Below are positions 49,790 to 60,369 of a DNA stretch of 64,000 bases, piece by piece. Position numbers and translations under genes: made by a program. The stretch spans positions 704,001 through 768,000 of the forward strand of contig CAVSGI010000010.1 of assembly GCA_963727445.1 (NCBI GenBank), read 5' to 3'. The notes under the pieces were generated by a model that saw nothing but the letters and a program-made list of their open reading frames with translations, ran no database searches and was not told the origin of the DNA. Origin of the DNA: an uncultured delta proteobacterium (GTDB lineage Bacteria > Myxococcota_A > Polyangia > Polyangiales > B10-G4). Each line of letters starts with the position of its first letter. The first letter of the stretch is position 1.

Positions 49790-51235
49790 ATGGAAAAGAC
49801 GCGTCTTCTCTCACGCTCCGGATCGCGCGGCCACCTCGCCGAGTTTCGACGAGCTCCCATCCCGCTCCTGATGAGGTTCAACCGCGAGCTGAACGACATC
49901 GGGCGGATCCGCTTCCTGGTGACCGACCTCCTGGTGATGAACTCGCCCGAGCTCGTTCATGCGCTCCTCGTCGAGCATCACGCGAGCTTGTCGAAGTCGC
50001 GCTTCCTCCGAACGGTCCTCGACCCGCTCGTCGGGCGCGGGCTCTTCACCAGCGAAGGGGAGCTGTGGCAACGGCAGAGGCGGCTGATGGCGCCCATCTT
50101 TCATCGGTCGAGGATCGGGGCGTTCGATCGGGAGATGACGGATGCGGCCACCCGATGCATCGACCGCTGGGAGGAGGGCGCGTCGATCGACGCGTCGGAA
50201 GAGATGACCCGAGTCGCCATGAGCGTCGCGAGCCAGACGCTCTTCAGCGTCGACACCTTCGACGAGGCGGACGAGATCGGCGACGCGTTGGCGGTCGCCC
50301 TCCGCTGGTCGGCGGACATCTCCACCACCGTCTCCCTCGGCGCCCAGGTCACGCTCGCCGAGGGCCTCGACGCCCTGGCGCGACGGCTCCCGGCAGGCCT
50401 TCGCGGTCCGCTCCACTCCGCCGCGAACTCTCTCGAACATCCCGTGCGATGGCCGGGCGAGAAGAGTCGGCGGCTCGAAGAGGCCATCGCACTCCTCGAC
50501 GATCGGGTCGCCGAGATGATCGCCGCGCGCCGCGCGAGCCCGGAAGGCTACGACGACCTCCTCTCCAGGCTCCTCGCCGCCCGCGACGAAGACGGCGGGA
50601 TGATGGACGACCGCCAGCTCCGCGACGAGGTCCTGACGCTCTTCGTGGCGGGACACGAGACGACCGCGACCGCGCTCGCCTGGGCGCTCTATCTCCTCGC
50701 GCGACACCCGGAGATCCGCGAAGCGCTCGAGACGGAAGCCGACGCCCTCGAGGGCCGCGTCCCGACCGCCGACGATCTCGGACGCTTGCCGCTCTCGCGT
50801 CGCATCTTCGCCGAAACGCTGCGGCTCTATCCCCCGGTTCCGGTCTATGAGCGCCAGGCACTCGAGGACGTCGAGGTCGCTGGGATCGAGCTCCCGGTCG
50901 GATCCTATGTCGCGGTCTTCCCCTGGGCGCTGCACCACAACCCGACGGTCTGGGACGACCCGGAGCGATTCGATCCCGATCGTTTCACCGAAGAGCGAGA
51001 GCGTGCGCGTCATCGCTACGCGTGGATCCCCTTCGGCGCGGGTCCCCGCGTGTGCATCGGCAACCACTTCGCGCTCCAAGAGGGGCCGCTGGTGCTCTCG
51101 TGCATCGCTGCGCGCGCACGCCTCGCGCTCGTCAGCGACGCGGAGATCCGTCCGGATCCGGCCGCCGCGACCCTGCGCCCGCGCGGCGGGGTTCCCATGC
51201 GGGTGACGTTGCGGCGCAAATCCGGCGCGGGGTAG
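49790..51235 (+). CDS. Cytochrome P450
   Basis: AGHETT, ETLR, FDPDRF, heme motif FGAGPRVCIG. Confidence 0.95.
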   Translation: MEKTRLLSRSGSRGHLAEFRRAPIPLLMRFNRELNDIGRIRFLVTDLLVMNSPELVHALLVEHHASLSKSRFLRTVLDPLVGRGLFTSEGELWQRQRRLMAPIFHRSRIGAFDREMTDAATRCIDRWEEGASIDASEEMTRVAMSVASQTLFSVDTFDEADEIGDALAVALRWSADISTTVSLGAQVTLAEGLDALARRLPAGLRGPLHSAANSLEHPVRWPGEKSRRLEEAIALLDDRVAEMIAARRASPEGYDDLLSRLLAARDEDGGMMDDRQLRDEVLTLFVAGHETTATALAWALYLLARHPEIREALETEADALEGRVPTADDLGRLPLSRRIFAETLRLYPPVPVYERQALEDVEVAGIELPVGSYVAVFPWALHHNPTVWDDPERFDPDRFTEERERARHRYAWIPFGAGPRVCIGNHFALQEGPLVLSCIAARARLALVSDAEIRPDPAAATLRPRGGVPMRVTLRRKSGAG

Positions 51236-51277
51236 GCGCGTGATTGAGTCCCGACGTCGCACGGGCGACCATCGGGT

Positions 51278-53623
51278 GTGCTCCGTGCTTTCGCCTGCTT
51301 CGCACTCGCCGTCCTGACGCTCGGGTGCGGTGACGATGGGGCGATGGCGACTCCCGATGGCGCCGTCGATGGCGGCGGCGACGCCGCAACGGATGCCGGG
51401 ATCGAACCGGCTGCCCCTGCGATGCCTGCGCCGATGGACGCACGTCCCTGCCCGGAGGGTTGGCGCGAGCGCACCCTCGAGTCGGAAGCGGTCGGCTGCG
51501 AACCATATGCTGCCGCGGAGCCCACGGACTGCGGCCCTCACGAGGCTCACTTTCCCGGCGCCGCCGGTTGCACGACGATCGGGGCCGCGTGTCCCGCCAC
51601 CGACTTCCCGGACGTCGCCGCCGGCACCAGCGCGTTCTACGTCGCCGAGGGTGCGACCGGCGGCGATGGAACGATGTCGGCGCCCTTCGGCACCATTCGC
51701 GAAGCCGCGCTCGTCGCCCGGAGCGGTGACGTGATCGTGGTGGGCAAGGGAACGTTCAGCGACGAGATCACGTTGAGAAGTGGAGTCGAGCTGCGCGGCG
51801 CGTGCGCCGCCGAGACCGTCATCAGCAGCGACTCCGCGGTGACCGTGGCCGGCGTCTTGAACGTGAACGCGACGGACGTGGTCGTCCGGGACCTGCGCAT
51901 CGACGGCGCCGCGCGACCCGGCCTCGCAGTGACTGGTGGCTCCGTTCGGGCACAGGGCGTGATCTTCGACGGCAACACGGCAGCCGGCGTCCGCGTCGAC
52001 GGCGACGCCGACGTGACGCTCACCGACGTCATCGTGCGGGGGACGCGCGTTGCGGCCAGCGACCCGCGCTCGGGCAACGGCGTGAACGCCGTGTCGGGGG
52101 CGCACCTGTCGATGGAGCGCGTGCTGGTGGACGACAACCGCGCCCGCGGCGTCAGCGCGGTCGGTTCAGGCGTGGAGCTCAGCATCGTCGACTCGATCGT
52201 CAGCCGCTCCGGCGGCATCGGCATCGGCGTCGAGCTCGAAGCCACCGCCACCTTGGAGCGCATCTACGCGCCGGCCAACGAGGTCACGGGGATCGCCACC
52301 GCCGGCGCCGGCGCCAACACGACGATCACCCACCTCGTCTTGCGGGGAACCGAGGGCATCGGCCTCGCGACGGTCAGGGGCGCCGCGCTCACCCTGACGA
52401 AGTCGATCATCGAGTCGAGTGACCAATACGGCGCATTGGTCGAAAACGAAGGCGCGTCGGGCACCTTCGAGGACGTCGCGTTCGTATCGACTCGGGCGGA
52501 CTTCGTGCCCATGGGACGCTCGCTCTTCGTCTTCGAGGACGGCTCCGCCACGCTGCGCCGCGTCCTCGCCTTCGACTCGAAGCAGAACGCGATCTCCCTC
52601 TCGGGGCCCGCGGTCTCAGTCGTCGGCGAGGACATCACCATCATCGACACCAAGGCCCAGCCCGACGACCTGACCCACGGGCGCGGCGTGATGATGGAAG
52701 GCGGAGCACACGCCGAGCTTCACCGCATCTGGATCGACCGGTCGCGTGAAGCGGCGATGATCGCCATCCACGACGACACGTTTCTGAATGTCGAGGACCT
52801 GACGATCACCAACACCCTTCCTCGCGAGGGCGATTCCCGCTTCGGCCGCGGCCTCGTCGTCGAGTACGGCTCGGAGGCGGAGGTCCGCCGCGCTCGATTC
52901 TCGAACAACCTCGACGCGGCGGTATACGTGAACCAGCCGACCACCTCCCTGCTCCTCGAGGATGCCGTGCTCGAAGACACGGGCTCGGAAGTGAGCAGCA
53001 CGACGCGCGGACGAGGAGTGGAGGTCATCCTGGGCGCGAGCGCCACCCTGAGGCGGGTCGACGTCCTCAGAAATCGCGAGCTCGGCGTCATCGTCTCCAG
53101 CGGTTCGTCTCTCACCTTCGAGGACCTTCGCATTCTGGACACCGCGCCCTCCGAGTGGGATGGCGCCTACGGTCGCGCCTTCAACGTCCAGCTCGACTCG
53201 ACCGCTTCGGGACGAGGGTTGACCATCGAGCGATGCAGCGAAGCAGGCCTGACCACCGCGGGCAGCGGCGTGGTCGTCGACATCTCCGAGGTCGTCATCC
53301 GTGACGTCGCGCGCGTCGTGTGCACGCGCGAGGGCAGCTGCACGCCGGGGTTCGGCATGGGGCTGGGCGTGTACGCGGACGCGCGAACGACGATCACCGA
53401 CTTCCTCATCGAACGGGCGGCCACCTGCGGCGTTCAGGTGGACGGCGCCGCACTGAACCTGAGCCATGGCGTGGTCTCCTCCTGCGCGATCGGCGCCTGC
53501 GTGGGCACCGCTGACTTCGATCTGAGCCGTCTTCAGGACGACGTTGCCTACGTGGACAACGAATCGAACGTCGACACCACGAGCCTCCCCGTTCCCGACA
53601 TCATCGACACCCCCGAGGGATGA
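51278..53623 (+). CDS. Right-handed parallel beta-helix lipoprotein
   Basis: Lipobox TLGC; YVAEG..GDGT..APFGTI.EA; repeated G.G..V...A...L.R coils. Confidence 0.8.
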   Translation: MLRAFACFALAVLTLGCGDDGAMATPDGAVDGGGDAATDAGIEPAAPAMPAPMDARPCPEGWRERTLESEAVGCEPYAAAEPTDCGPHEAHFPGAAGCTTIGAACPATDFPDVAAGTSAFYVAEGATGGDGTMSAPFGTIREAALVARSGDVIVVGKGTFSDEITLRSGVELRGACAAETVISSDSAVTVAGVLNVNATDVVVRDLRIDGAARPGLAVTGGSVRAQGVIFDGNTAAGVRVDGDADVTLTDVIVRGTRVAASDPRSGNGVNAVSGAHLSMERVLVDDNRARGVSAVGSGVELSIVDSIVSRSGGIGIGVELEATATLERIYAPANEVTGIATAGAGANTTITHLVLRGTEGIGLATVRGAALTLTKSIIESSDQYGALVENEGASGTFEDVAFVSTRADFVPMGRSLFVFEDGSATLRRVLAFDSKQNAISLSGPAVSVVGEDITIIDTKAQPDDLTHGRGVMMEGGAHAELHRIWIDRSREAAMIAIHDDTFLNVEDLTITNTLPREGDSRFGRGLVVEYGSEAEVRRARFSNNLDAAVYVNQPTTSLLLEDAVLEDTGSEVSSTTRGRGVEVILGASATLRRVDVLRNRELGVIVSSGSSLTFEDLRILDTAPSEWDGAYGRAFNVQLDSTASGRGLTIERCSEAGLTTAGSGVVVDISEVVIRDVARVVCTREGSCTPGFGMGLGVYADARTTITDFLIERAATCGVQVDGAALNLSHGVVSSCAIGACVGTADFDLSRLQDDVAYVDNESNVDTTSLPVPDIIDTPEG

Positions 53624-53761
53624 TCGCGCATGTGCGACGTTGTAGGATGCGCGTGAGCAACCGCACGCGTGCGTCACAGTGGATCATCGCGCGTGGAGCC
53701 GAGAGCATTCCTCGTTCCCCCGATTGTTAAGAAGTCGCCAAGAAACAAAAGACTTAATCGG

Positions 53762-53777
53762 AGGCATGCGCGTTGCT
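53762..53777 (+). promoter_or_regulatory. sigma54 promoter for the FG-GAP lipoprotein
   Basis: AGGCATGCGCGTTGCT = GG-N10-GC; AT-rich tract upstream (53723-53759). Confidence 0.7.
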
Positions 53778-53791
53778 GAGCAGCGCGCGCG

Positions 53792-56284
53792 ATGAACCTT
53801 CCTTCCCCGAAGAACCTCTCCGGTTCCATTCACTCCGCGGTCGTTGTCTCACTCGCGATTCTCTTCATTGGATGCAGCCCGAAGGGCGGGCCCGGCACGG
53901 GCGGCGGTGGCGACGGCTACGGCGCGGGCGACGACGCGGGCGGTCCCGCCGTGATGTGCGCGGCTGGCCAACGAGCCTGCGTCGACACCTGCTGCGCGCC
54001 GGGCGACGTCTGCGGCGCGAACGGAACCTGCTGCGGCGCCGACGTCTTGTGCGGTAGTAGCTGCTGCGGCGCGGGTGAGGTCTGCGAAGGCGCGATCTGT
54101 CACGTCGAATGCGCGGCCGACACGGCGCGCTGTCACGACGGCGCTGGTGGCGAGGTCTGCTGCGGTCCGGGCGAGGTCTGTGCCGCCGATCGCTGCTACC
54201 TGCCAAGCGCTCCGTGCGAGGACTTCTGGGACTGCAGCGACGGGAGCTACTGCGAGCCCACGCTCGGCTATTGCCTGCCGCAGCCGCACGACGGCGAGCC
54301 CTGCCAGCTGTCCTCGAGCGGCGGCGAGGTCGTGCCGACCGAGCTCTGGCACTGGGACGGCACGGACGCGGTGATGCCGATGTGGAACCAGGTCATGATG
54401 ACCCCGGTCGTCGCCAACCTGAACGACGACGACGGCAACGGGATCATCGACCAGAACGACATCCCCGACGTCGTCTTCTCGAGCTTCTGCGGCGACACGA
54501 CGAACGTCGCGTGCCTCGGCGGCGAATACCACGAGAACGGCGTCCTGCGTGCCGTGAGCGGCGCCGACGGCTCGTCGCTCTTCGACGTGACCGACCCGCG
54601 GCTGCGGGTGATCGGCGGCGCCCAGCTCGCGCTCGGCGACATCGACGGCGACGGCCTGGTCGAGATCGTGGCGTGCGGCTCCGATCCGTCGTGGGAAGGC
54701 CCTCTGATGGCCTTCGAGAACGACGGCACCTTCAAATGGCAGAGCTCGGACCCGCGCGTCCGATGCGGGCAGAGCGCACCGGCGATCGCCGACCTGAACG
54801 CCGACGGGCAACCGGAGGTCTTCGTTCGCTACAGCGTCTTGAACGGCGCGGACGGCTCGCTGGTCTGGCATCACGACTGCCTGAACCCGGGCGACTTCGA
54901 GCTGACGAGCGGCTCGGACGGCTTCTACGTGACCCAGCAGGTCACCTACGAGCACTACTCGTGCGACTACACGACGGCCGCCGATCTCGACGGCCGCGGC
55001 CGACTCTCCATCGTCGGCGGCAACGTCGCCTACGACGACTCGGGTCGTTTGCGGTGGGATCGCAGCGCGGACTTCCGCGACGGCTACCCCGCGGTCGGCG
55101 ATCTGAACCTCGACGGCGTCCCCGAGATCATCGTCGTCAACTCGGCCTTCGACCCGCGCTACGCGCGCGGCGACCATCAGATCCGCGTCCTCGACAACCT
55201 GGGCCGCGATCTCTTCGGTCCGGTCGACATCAACGTGCCCGACATGAATCGCACGCCCGAATACGCCGACAACCTCACGACTTCACGCGTCGCTGGCGGG
55301 GGCCCGCCCACCATCGCCAACTTCGACGACGACGCGCAGCCCGAGATCGCTTTGGCGGGCGGCTACGGCTACGCCGTCTTCGACGTGGATCTCACGCCGA
55401 TCTGGTTCGCGCCAACACACGACCTCTCCTCGCGCAAGACCGGCTCGAGCGTCTTCGATTTCGACGGAGACGGCAGGGCCGAGGCGGTCTACAACGACGA
55501 GTACTGGCTGCGCGTCTACGACGGCGCGGACGGGCACGTGCGCTACTGCCAATGCAACACCTCGGCCACGCACTGGGAGTATCCGGTGATCGTCGACGTG
55601 AACAACGACGGGCACGCGGAGATCGTCGTCCCTTCGAACGACTTCTACATCGACTCCTGTCCCACGACCGAAGCGCCCGACGAATGCACGCAGGCGCGGG
55701 TCGCGGCGGGCGAAACCCACGGCTCGCACGGCGTCCGCGCCTTCGCGGCGCCGGATCGGGACTGGGTCGCGACGCGCCGCATCTGGAATCAGCACACCTA
55801 TCACGTGACGAACGTCACGGAGTCGGGCGCCATCCCGATGGGCGAGCGCCAGAACTGGATGATGAACGGCCTCGACAACTTCCGGCAGAACGTGCAGCCC
55901 GGCGCGCGCAACATCCCCGACCTCACGCCCATCGAGCTCTCGGTCGACCTCGCCGAGTGCACGGACGCCATGACGCTCCACTTCCGCCTCTCGAACATCG
56001 GCTGGGCGGCCGTGAGCGCGGGCGTGACCGCCGCGGTCTACGCAGACGGCGCCGACGGCAGCTGGATCCCGGTCGGAACCGTTCGCACGACGCGGCACCT
56101 GTTGCCGGGGGAGAGCGAGCCCTTGTCGATCCGCTATCCCCTCGACGGCCGCGACGGCTATGCCCCGGTCACCTTCCGCGTGGTCGCCGGAGCCTCCACC
56201 GATGACAGCCCGTCCGTCGTGATCGAGTGCCGCGACGACAACAACGACGCGACGATCGACGCGAGCTGCACGCTGGTGTTCTGA
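53792..56284 (+). CDS. FG-GAP/VCBS-repeat lipoprotein with Cys-rich N-terminus and CARDB-like C-terminus
   Basis: Lipobox FIGC; GDIDGDG..EIV, ADLNADG.PEV, FDFDGDG.AE, IWNQHTYHVTNV, NFRQN. Confidence 0.88.
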   Translation: MNLPSPKNLSGSIHSAVVVSLAILFIGCSPKGGPGTGGGGDGYGAGDDAGGPAVMCAAGQRACVDTCCAPGDVCGANGTCCGADVLCGSSCCGAGEVCEGAICHVECAADTARCHDGAGGEVCCGPGEVCAADRCYLPSAPCEDFWDCSDGSYCEPTLGYCLPQPHDGEPCQLSSSGGEVVPTELWHWDGTDAVMPMWNQVMMTPVVANLNDDDGNGIIDQNDIPDVVFSSFCGDTTNVACLGGEYHENGVLRAVSGADGSSLFDVTDPRLRVIGGAQLALGDIDGDGLVEIVACGSDPSWEGPLMAFENDGTFKWQSSDPRVRCGQSAPAIADLNADGQPEVFVRYSVLNGADGSLVWHHDCLNPGDFELTSGSDGFYVTQQVTYEHYSCDYTTAADLDGRGRLSIVGGNVAYDDSGRLRWDRSADFRDGYPAVGDLNLDGVPEIIVVNSAFDPRYARGDHQIRVLDNLGRDLFGPVDINVPDMNRTPEYADNLTTSRVAGGGPPTIANFDDDAQPEIALAGGYGYAVFDVDLTPIWFAPTHDLSSRKTGSSVFDFDGDGRAEAVYNDEYWLRVYDGADGHVRYCQCNTSATHWEYPVIVDVNNDGHAEIVVPSNDFYIDSCPTTEAPDECTQARVAAGETHGSHGVRAFAAPDRDWVATRRIWNQHTYHVTNVTESGAIPMGERQNWMMNGLDNFRQNVQPGARNIPDLTPIELSVDLAECTDAMTLHFRLSNIGWAAVSAGVTAAVYADGADGSWIPVGTVRTTRHLLPGESEPLSIRYPLDGRDGYAPVTFRVVAGASTDDSPSVVIECRDDNNDATIDASCTLVF

Positions 56285-56320
56285 CCGAGCGCCCAGGCCG
56301 CGCGGTGATACCCTCGCCCC

Positions 56321-58603
56321 ATGCGGGCGATTCTTCTCTGCGCGGCCGTCTCGCTCTGTGCGGCGGCATGCGATTGCGGCGACGGCGCTGCGCCGTGCAC
56401 CGTCTCCTCCGAGTGTGCGACGGGCGAGCAGTGCCTCGATGGCATGTGCACGCCGCGCAGCGACGGCGGCGGCAGCGATGGAGGCGATGCGACACTTCCC
56501 GACTCGGCGCCGCCTGACGCCAGCGGGCCGCCGTGCGCCGCGGACGGAAGCTGCGAAGGCGACGCGCGGTGCGTGAGCGGAGTTTGCGTGGCGTGGGGCG
56601 ACGGCGAGTACGACGACGGCTGTGAGCGCGTGACGGACCCCGGCCCGGTGCTCCCGCAGATCCAGTGCACCTTCGAGACCGCGCCGATGGACGACCCGCG
56701 ACCCGACGCCATTCGCGCGCTGCACACCCCTCTGGTCGCCAACCTCGGGGTGAACGCCTCGCCGGACGTGCCGGCGCGTCCCAGCGTCGTCTACATCGCG
56801 GACTATGGATACATGGAGGGCGTGCCGCGCGGCTGCACGGCCGGCGGGCGTGCTGCGCATCCTCGACGGCGCGACCTGCCGATCGCAGGGCGTCTACGAC
56901 GAGCTGCCCCTGAACTCGCCGGTCACGCCGGCGATCGGTGACCTCGACGGCGACGGGACCGCGGAGGTCGTGGCCGCGGCGACGCAGGGAGGGCTCGTCG
57001 CGCTCCGCGTCGCCATCGACGGAAGCGTGACGCGGATGTGGAGCACCACCATGGCGGACGGCTCGCCCGATCTCCTGGGGAGCGCGCAGTGCCAGTGGGG
57101 CGGCGTGTCCATCTACGACATCGACGACGATGGAAGCCCGGAGGTGCTCTTCGAAGGCGGCGTCTGGGATGCGGACGGCGTGCGCGTGGCGTCCCTGCCC
57201 GGCTGGACGCACATCTCCCACGGCGTCCCCGTCCCCGTCGGCGACTTCGACGGCGACGGGCGAGGTCGAGGCGGTGGCGGGCAACGCCACCTGGGAGTTC
57301 GATGGGACCGCGGGCGACTTCGTGATCGAATCCGGCTTCTCCACGACCGTGCCCGCGGGCTTCACCGCGGTGGCGGATCTCGGCGACTTCCCCGGGGTGG
57401 CGGGCGACGTCGCCGGGCAGCCGGAGGTGATCAGCGCGATGAGCGGCTTCGTCTCGGTGCGCACGCTTTCGGGCGGCGTGGTCGCGACCATCGCCACGTC
57501 GACCGGCGGCAACGGCGGACCGCCTACGGTGGCCGACTTCGACGGCGACGGCGTGCGCGAGTTCGGCGTCGCCTTCGGCGGCAGCTACGAGGTCTTCGAC
57601 CTGGCAGAGACGAGCCAGCGCCTCTGGACGAAGCCCTCTCAGGACCTCTCCAGCTCGCGCACCGGCTCGAGCGTCTTCGACTTCAACGCCGACGGCCGGG
57701 CCGAGGTCGTCTACGGCGACGAGTGCTTCGTGCGGGTGTACGACGGAACCGACGGCGAGGTGATCTTCTCGCAGGCGCGGTTCTCGTCCACCTGGACCGA
57801 GAACCCGATCGTCGCCGACGTCGACGGGGACGCCTCGGCGGAGATGGTCGTGGGCGCCAGCGGCATGTGCAACACGCCCTACTGCCCGCTGGTGGATCCG
57901 ATCTTCGAGGGGCTTCGCTGCGAGGGCGCCGACGATTGTCCCTCCGGCACCTGCACCGACGGGCTCTGCCGCTGCGCGGACGACACCGAGTGTCCGACGA
58001 CCTACGGCTGCTCCGATCCGCTCTCCGGTTCTGGCGACCAGGTCTGTCGCGCGTTCCATCGCGACTGCGTCCCGGGCATCCGGGTCTACCGCGACGGCCG
58101 CGACCGCTGGGCCGAGCTCGCGCACCATCTGGAACCAGCACGCCTATCACGTCACCAACGTCAACGAAGATGGAACCATCCCGCGGAGCAGCGCCGTGCT
58201 GCCGAACTGGTCCGACCCGACGCTCGACAACTTCCGCCAGAACGTTCAGGGCTCGCTGGGGCCGACCCCCGGCCCCGACCTCACGATTCAATCGATCACC
58301 GCCGTCTGCGTGACGAGCGACAGCACCGAGATGCAGGCCACCCTCTGTAACCGCGGCGCCGTCTTCCTCGACGCGGGGATCCAGGTGGTCTTCGATCAGG
58401 TCGCGGCCGACGACACGCGGACGCGCCTGTGCGATCTGCGCACCATGGAGCCGGTCGCCCCGGGCGAGTGCACGACCGTGAGCTGCACCGCGCCCGTCCC
58501 CGCCGACGGCACTTTCGAGGCCACGGCTGACGAAGAAGCGTTGGTGGGCGAGTGCATCGAGGACAACAACCGCGCCCAGAGCGAAGCGAACTGCCTGATG
58601 TGA
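56321..58603 (+). pseudogene. FG-GAP/CARDB lipoprotein paralog interrupted by three +1 frameshifts (~56844, ~57259, ~58113); possibly sequencing errors
   Basis: Homology to 53792-56284 passes through four ORF-track entries (56321, 56805, 57130, 58196). Deleting one base at each site restores GVLRILDG, GDGEVE and RTIWNQHAYHVTNV. Confidence 0.75.
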
Positions 58604-58672
58604 GCCGCCGGCCGCCTCGGGACGCCGCCGCTCTCCCTTGAAGCGGCGAAACCGGCGCTTACGTGCCTCGTC

Positions 58673-60166
58673 GTGACGACCAAACGCATGCTGATCATCG
58701 GCGGCGGGCTCTCGGGCCTGTCCGCGGGTTGCTACGGCCGGATGAACGGGTTCGAGACGCACGTTCTCGAGCACGCGCCGGAGCCCGGCGGTGTGTGCCG
58801 CGCCTGGCCCCGCGACCCCTACGTGGTCGACGGGTGCATCCACTGGCTCACCGGCGCGGCCGAGGGCGGGGCCTTTCGGCAGGTCTACGAGGAGCTGGGC
58901 GTCGTGCCGGGCGTCGAGACGCGCGTGATCGACCGCTTCCTGCGCGTCGAGGATCCCGTCGACGACTGGGCCTTCGAGGTCGTCCGGGATCGCGCCGAGC
59001 TCCGGCGCCAGATGGAGCGCCTCGGCCCCGAGGACGGCGAGGCGATCGACGCGCTCTTCGCCGCCGTCGACGCCGCGGCGAAGCTCCCGATGGATGACAG
59101 CCGCCCCACCGAGATCGAGACCTTCCCAGAGAAGCTGAACCGGCTCTGGAACCTGCGTCACGTCGCACCGACCTTCTTGCGCTTCCGCGGCACGATGGGC
59201 GAGTGGGCCGACGAGCACATGCGGAGCGAGCGGCTGCGAAACGCCTTCACGCACCTGACCGCCTCGGAGATGCCCGCCCTGTTGGCGCCGTTCTTCCTCC
59301 ATCTCTTCGAGAGCGGTCAGCTCTCGGAGCCCATCGGGGGCAGCAACGCCGTCTCCGGTGCGGTCATCGAGCGCTACCGGGACCTCGGCGGCGAGCTGAC
59401 GACCGGCGTCACCGTCGACGAGATCGTCGTCGAGGACGGTCGCGCCACCGGCGTTCGCCTCACCGATGGACGCCTGTTGCGCGCGGACCTGGTGATCTCG
59501 ACCGCATCCGAGCACGAGACGCACCAGAAGCTCCTCGGCGGGCGTCACCTCGACGATCACGCCAAGCACCGCATCGACGAATGGCCGACCTTCAGCCCCA
59601 TCGTGATCGTCAGCGTCGGCGTCGCCGCCGCCTTCCCCGCCCTGCCGCATTCGCTCCTGGTCCGGCAGCGAAAGCCGCTCGTGGTGGGCGGCCGTGCGAC
59701 GGATTGGCTGCCGATCCGGATCTTCGGCGACGCCCCCTGGGTCGCGCCCGTGGGCCACACCGTGCTTCAGAGCGTCGTCATGACCGACTACGACCATTGG
59801 GCGGCGCTCGGTGACGACTACGCCCGCGAGAAGGAAGCGGTGATCGACGCTGTCGTCGAACGGATGACGGAGCGGCTGCCGACGCTCGAAGGAAAGGTGC
59901 GGATGCGCGACATCGCCACGCCGCTCACCTTCTGGCGATGGGCTCGGTCGTGGCGGGGCGCCTTCGAGGGCTACCTTCCGACGGCCGAGGGCTTCCGCGA
60001 ACACGTGCCCAAGCGCGTCCCCGGCGTGGACGCGCTCTACCGGGCGGGGCAATGGGTGGAGCCGGGCGGGGGGGTGCCGCCCGCGCTCCTCAGCGGACGG
60101 CAGGTGGTCGAGATCGTCGCGAACGACCTGGGCTTGGGGTTCGTCGCAAAGCGGCCGTCCCGCTGA
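58673..60166 (+). CDS. Phytoene desaturase-family FAD-dependent oxidoreductase
   Basis: IIGGGLSGL, PGG.C..W, DGCIHWL, ATPLTF, AGQWVEPGGGVP. Confidence 0.88.
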   Translation: MTTKRMLIIGGGLSGLSAGCYGRMNGFETHVLEHAPEPGGVCRAWPRDPYVVDGCIHWLTGAAEGGAFRQVYEELGVVPGVETRVIDRFLRVEDPVDDWAFEVVRDRAELRRQMERLGPEDGEAIDALFAAVDAAAKLPMDDSRPTEIETFPEKLNRLWNLRHVAPTFLRFRGTMGEWADEHMRSERLRNAFTHLTASEMPALLAPFFLHLFESGQLSEPIGGSNAVSGAVIERYRDLGGELTTGVTVDEIVVEDGRATGVRLTDGRLLRADLVISTASEHETHQKLLGGRHLDDHAKHRIDEWPTFSPIVIVSVGVAAAFPALPHSLLVRQRKPLVVGGRATDWLPIRIFGDAPWVAPVGHTVLQSVVMTDYDHWAALGDDYAREKEAVIDAVVERMTERLPTLEGKVRMRDIATPLTFWRWARSWRGAFEGYLPTAEGFREHVPKRVPGVDALYRAGQWVEPGGGVPPALLSGRQVVEIVANDLGLGFVAKRPSR

Positions 60167-60369
60167 GCTTTCGTGCGGGGCGGCGAAGATCGATGGCAGG
60201 GCTCACGGCAGTGGGCCGGGTGCGCAATTGCCCCACGTGTGATCGATTGGAAGCCCGGTCTGCGCAGGGAACGGGCCCTCGGTGGCCGCCAAACGCAGCC
60301 CTTGCGTGGGGCGCCTGGCAATTGCACGGATCTGCGTGTCGGCATGAGGAGTGCACCAGATCTTCGATC

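Noticed and set aside
49811..52105. Long antisense ORFs (this one and many similar in the track)
   Set aside because: Expected stop-poor shadows of high-GC3 genes on the opposite strand; no recognisable motifs
48500..53623. Secondary-metabolite biosynthetic cluster
   Set aside because: No core synthase, carrier protein or precursor peptide in the window
58673..60166. Carotenoid biosynthesis gene crtI
   Set aside because: Only family-level similarity; no crtB/crtE or other carotenoid genes nearby
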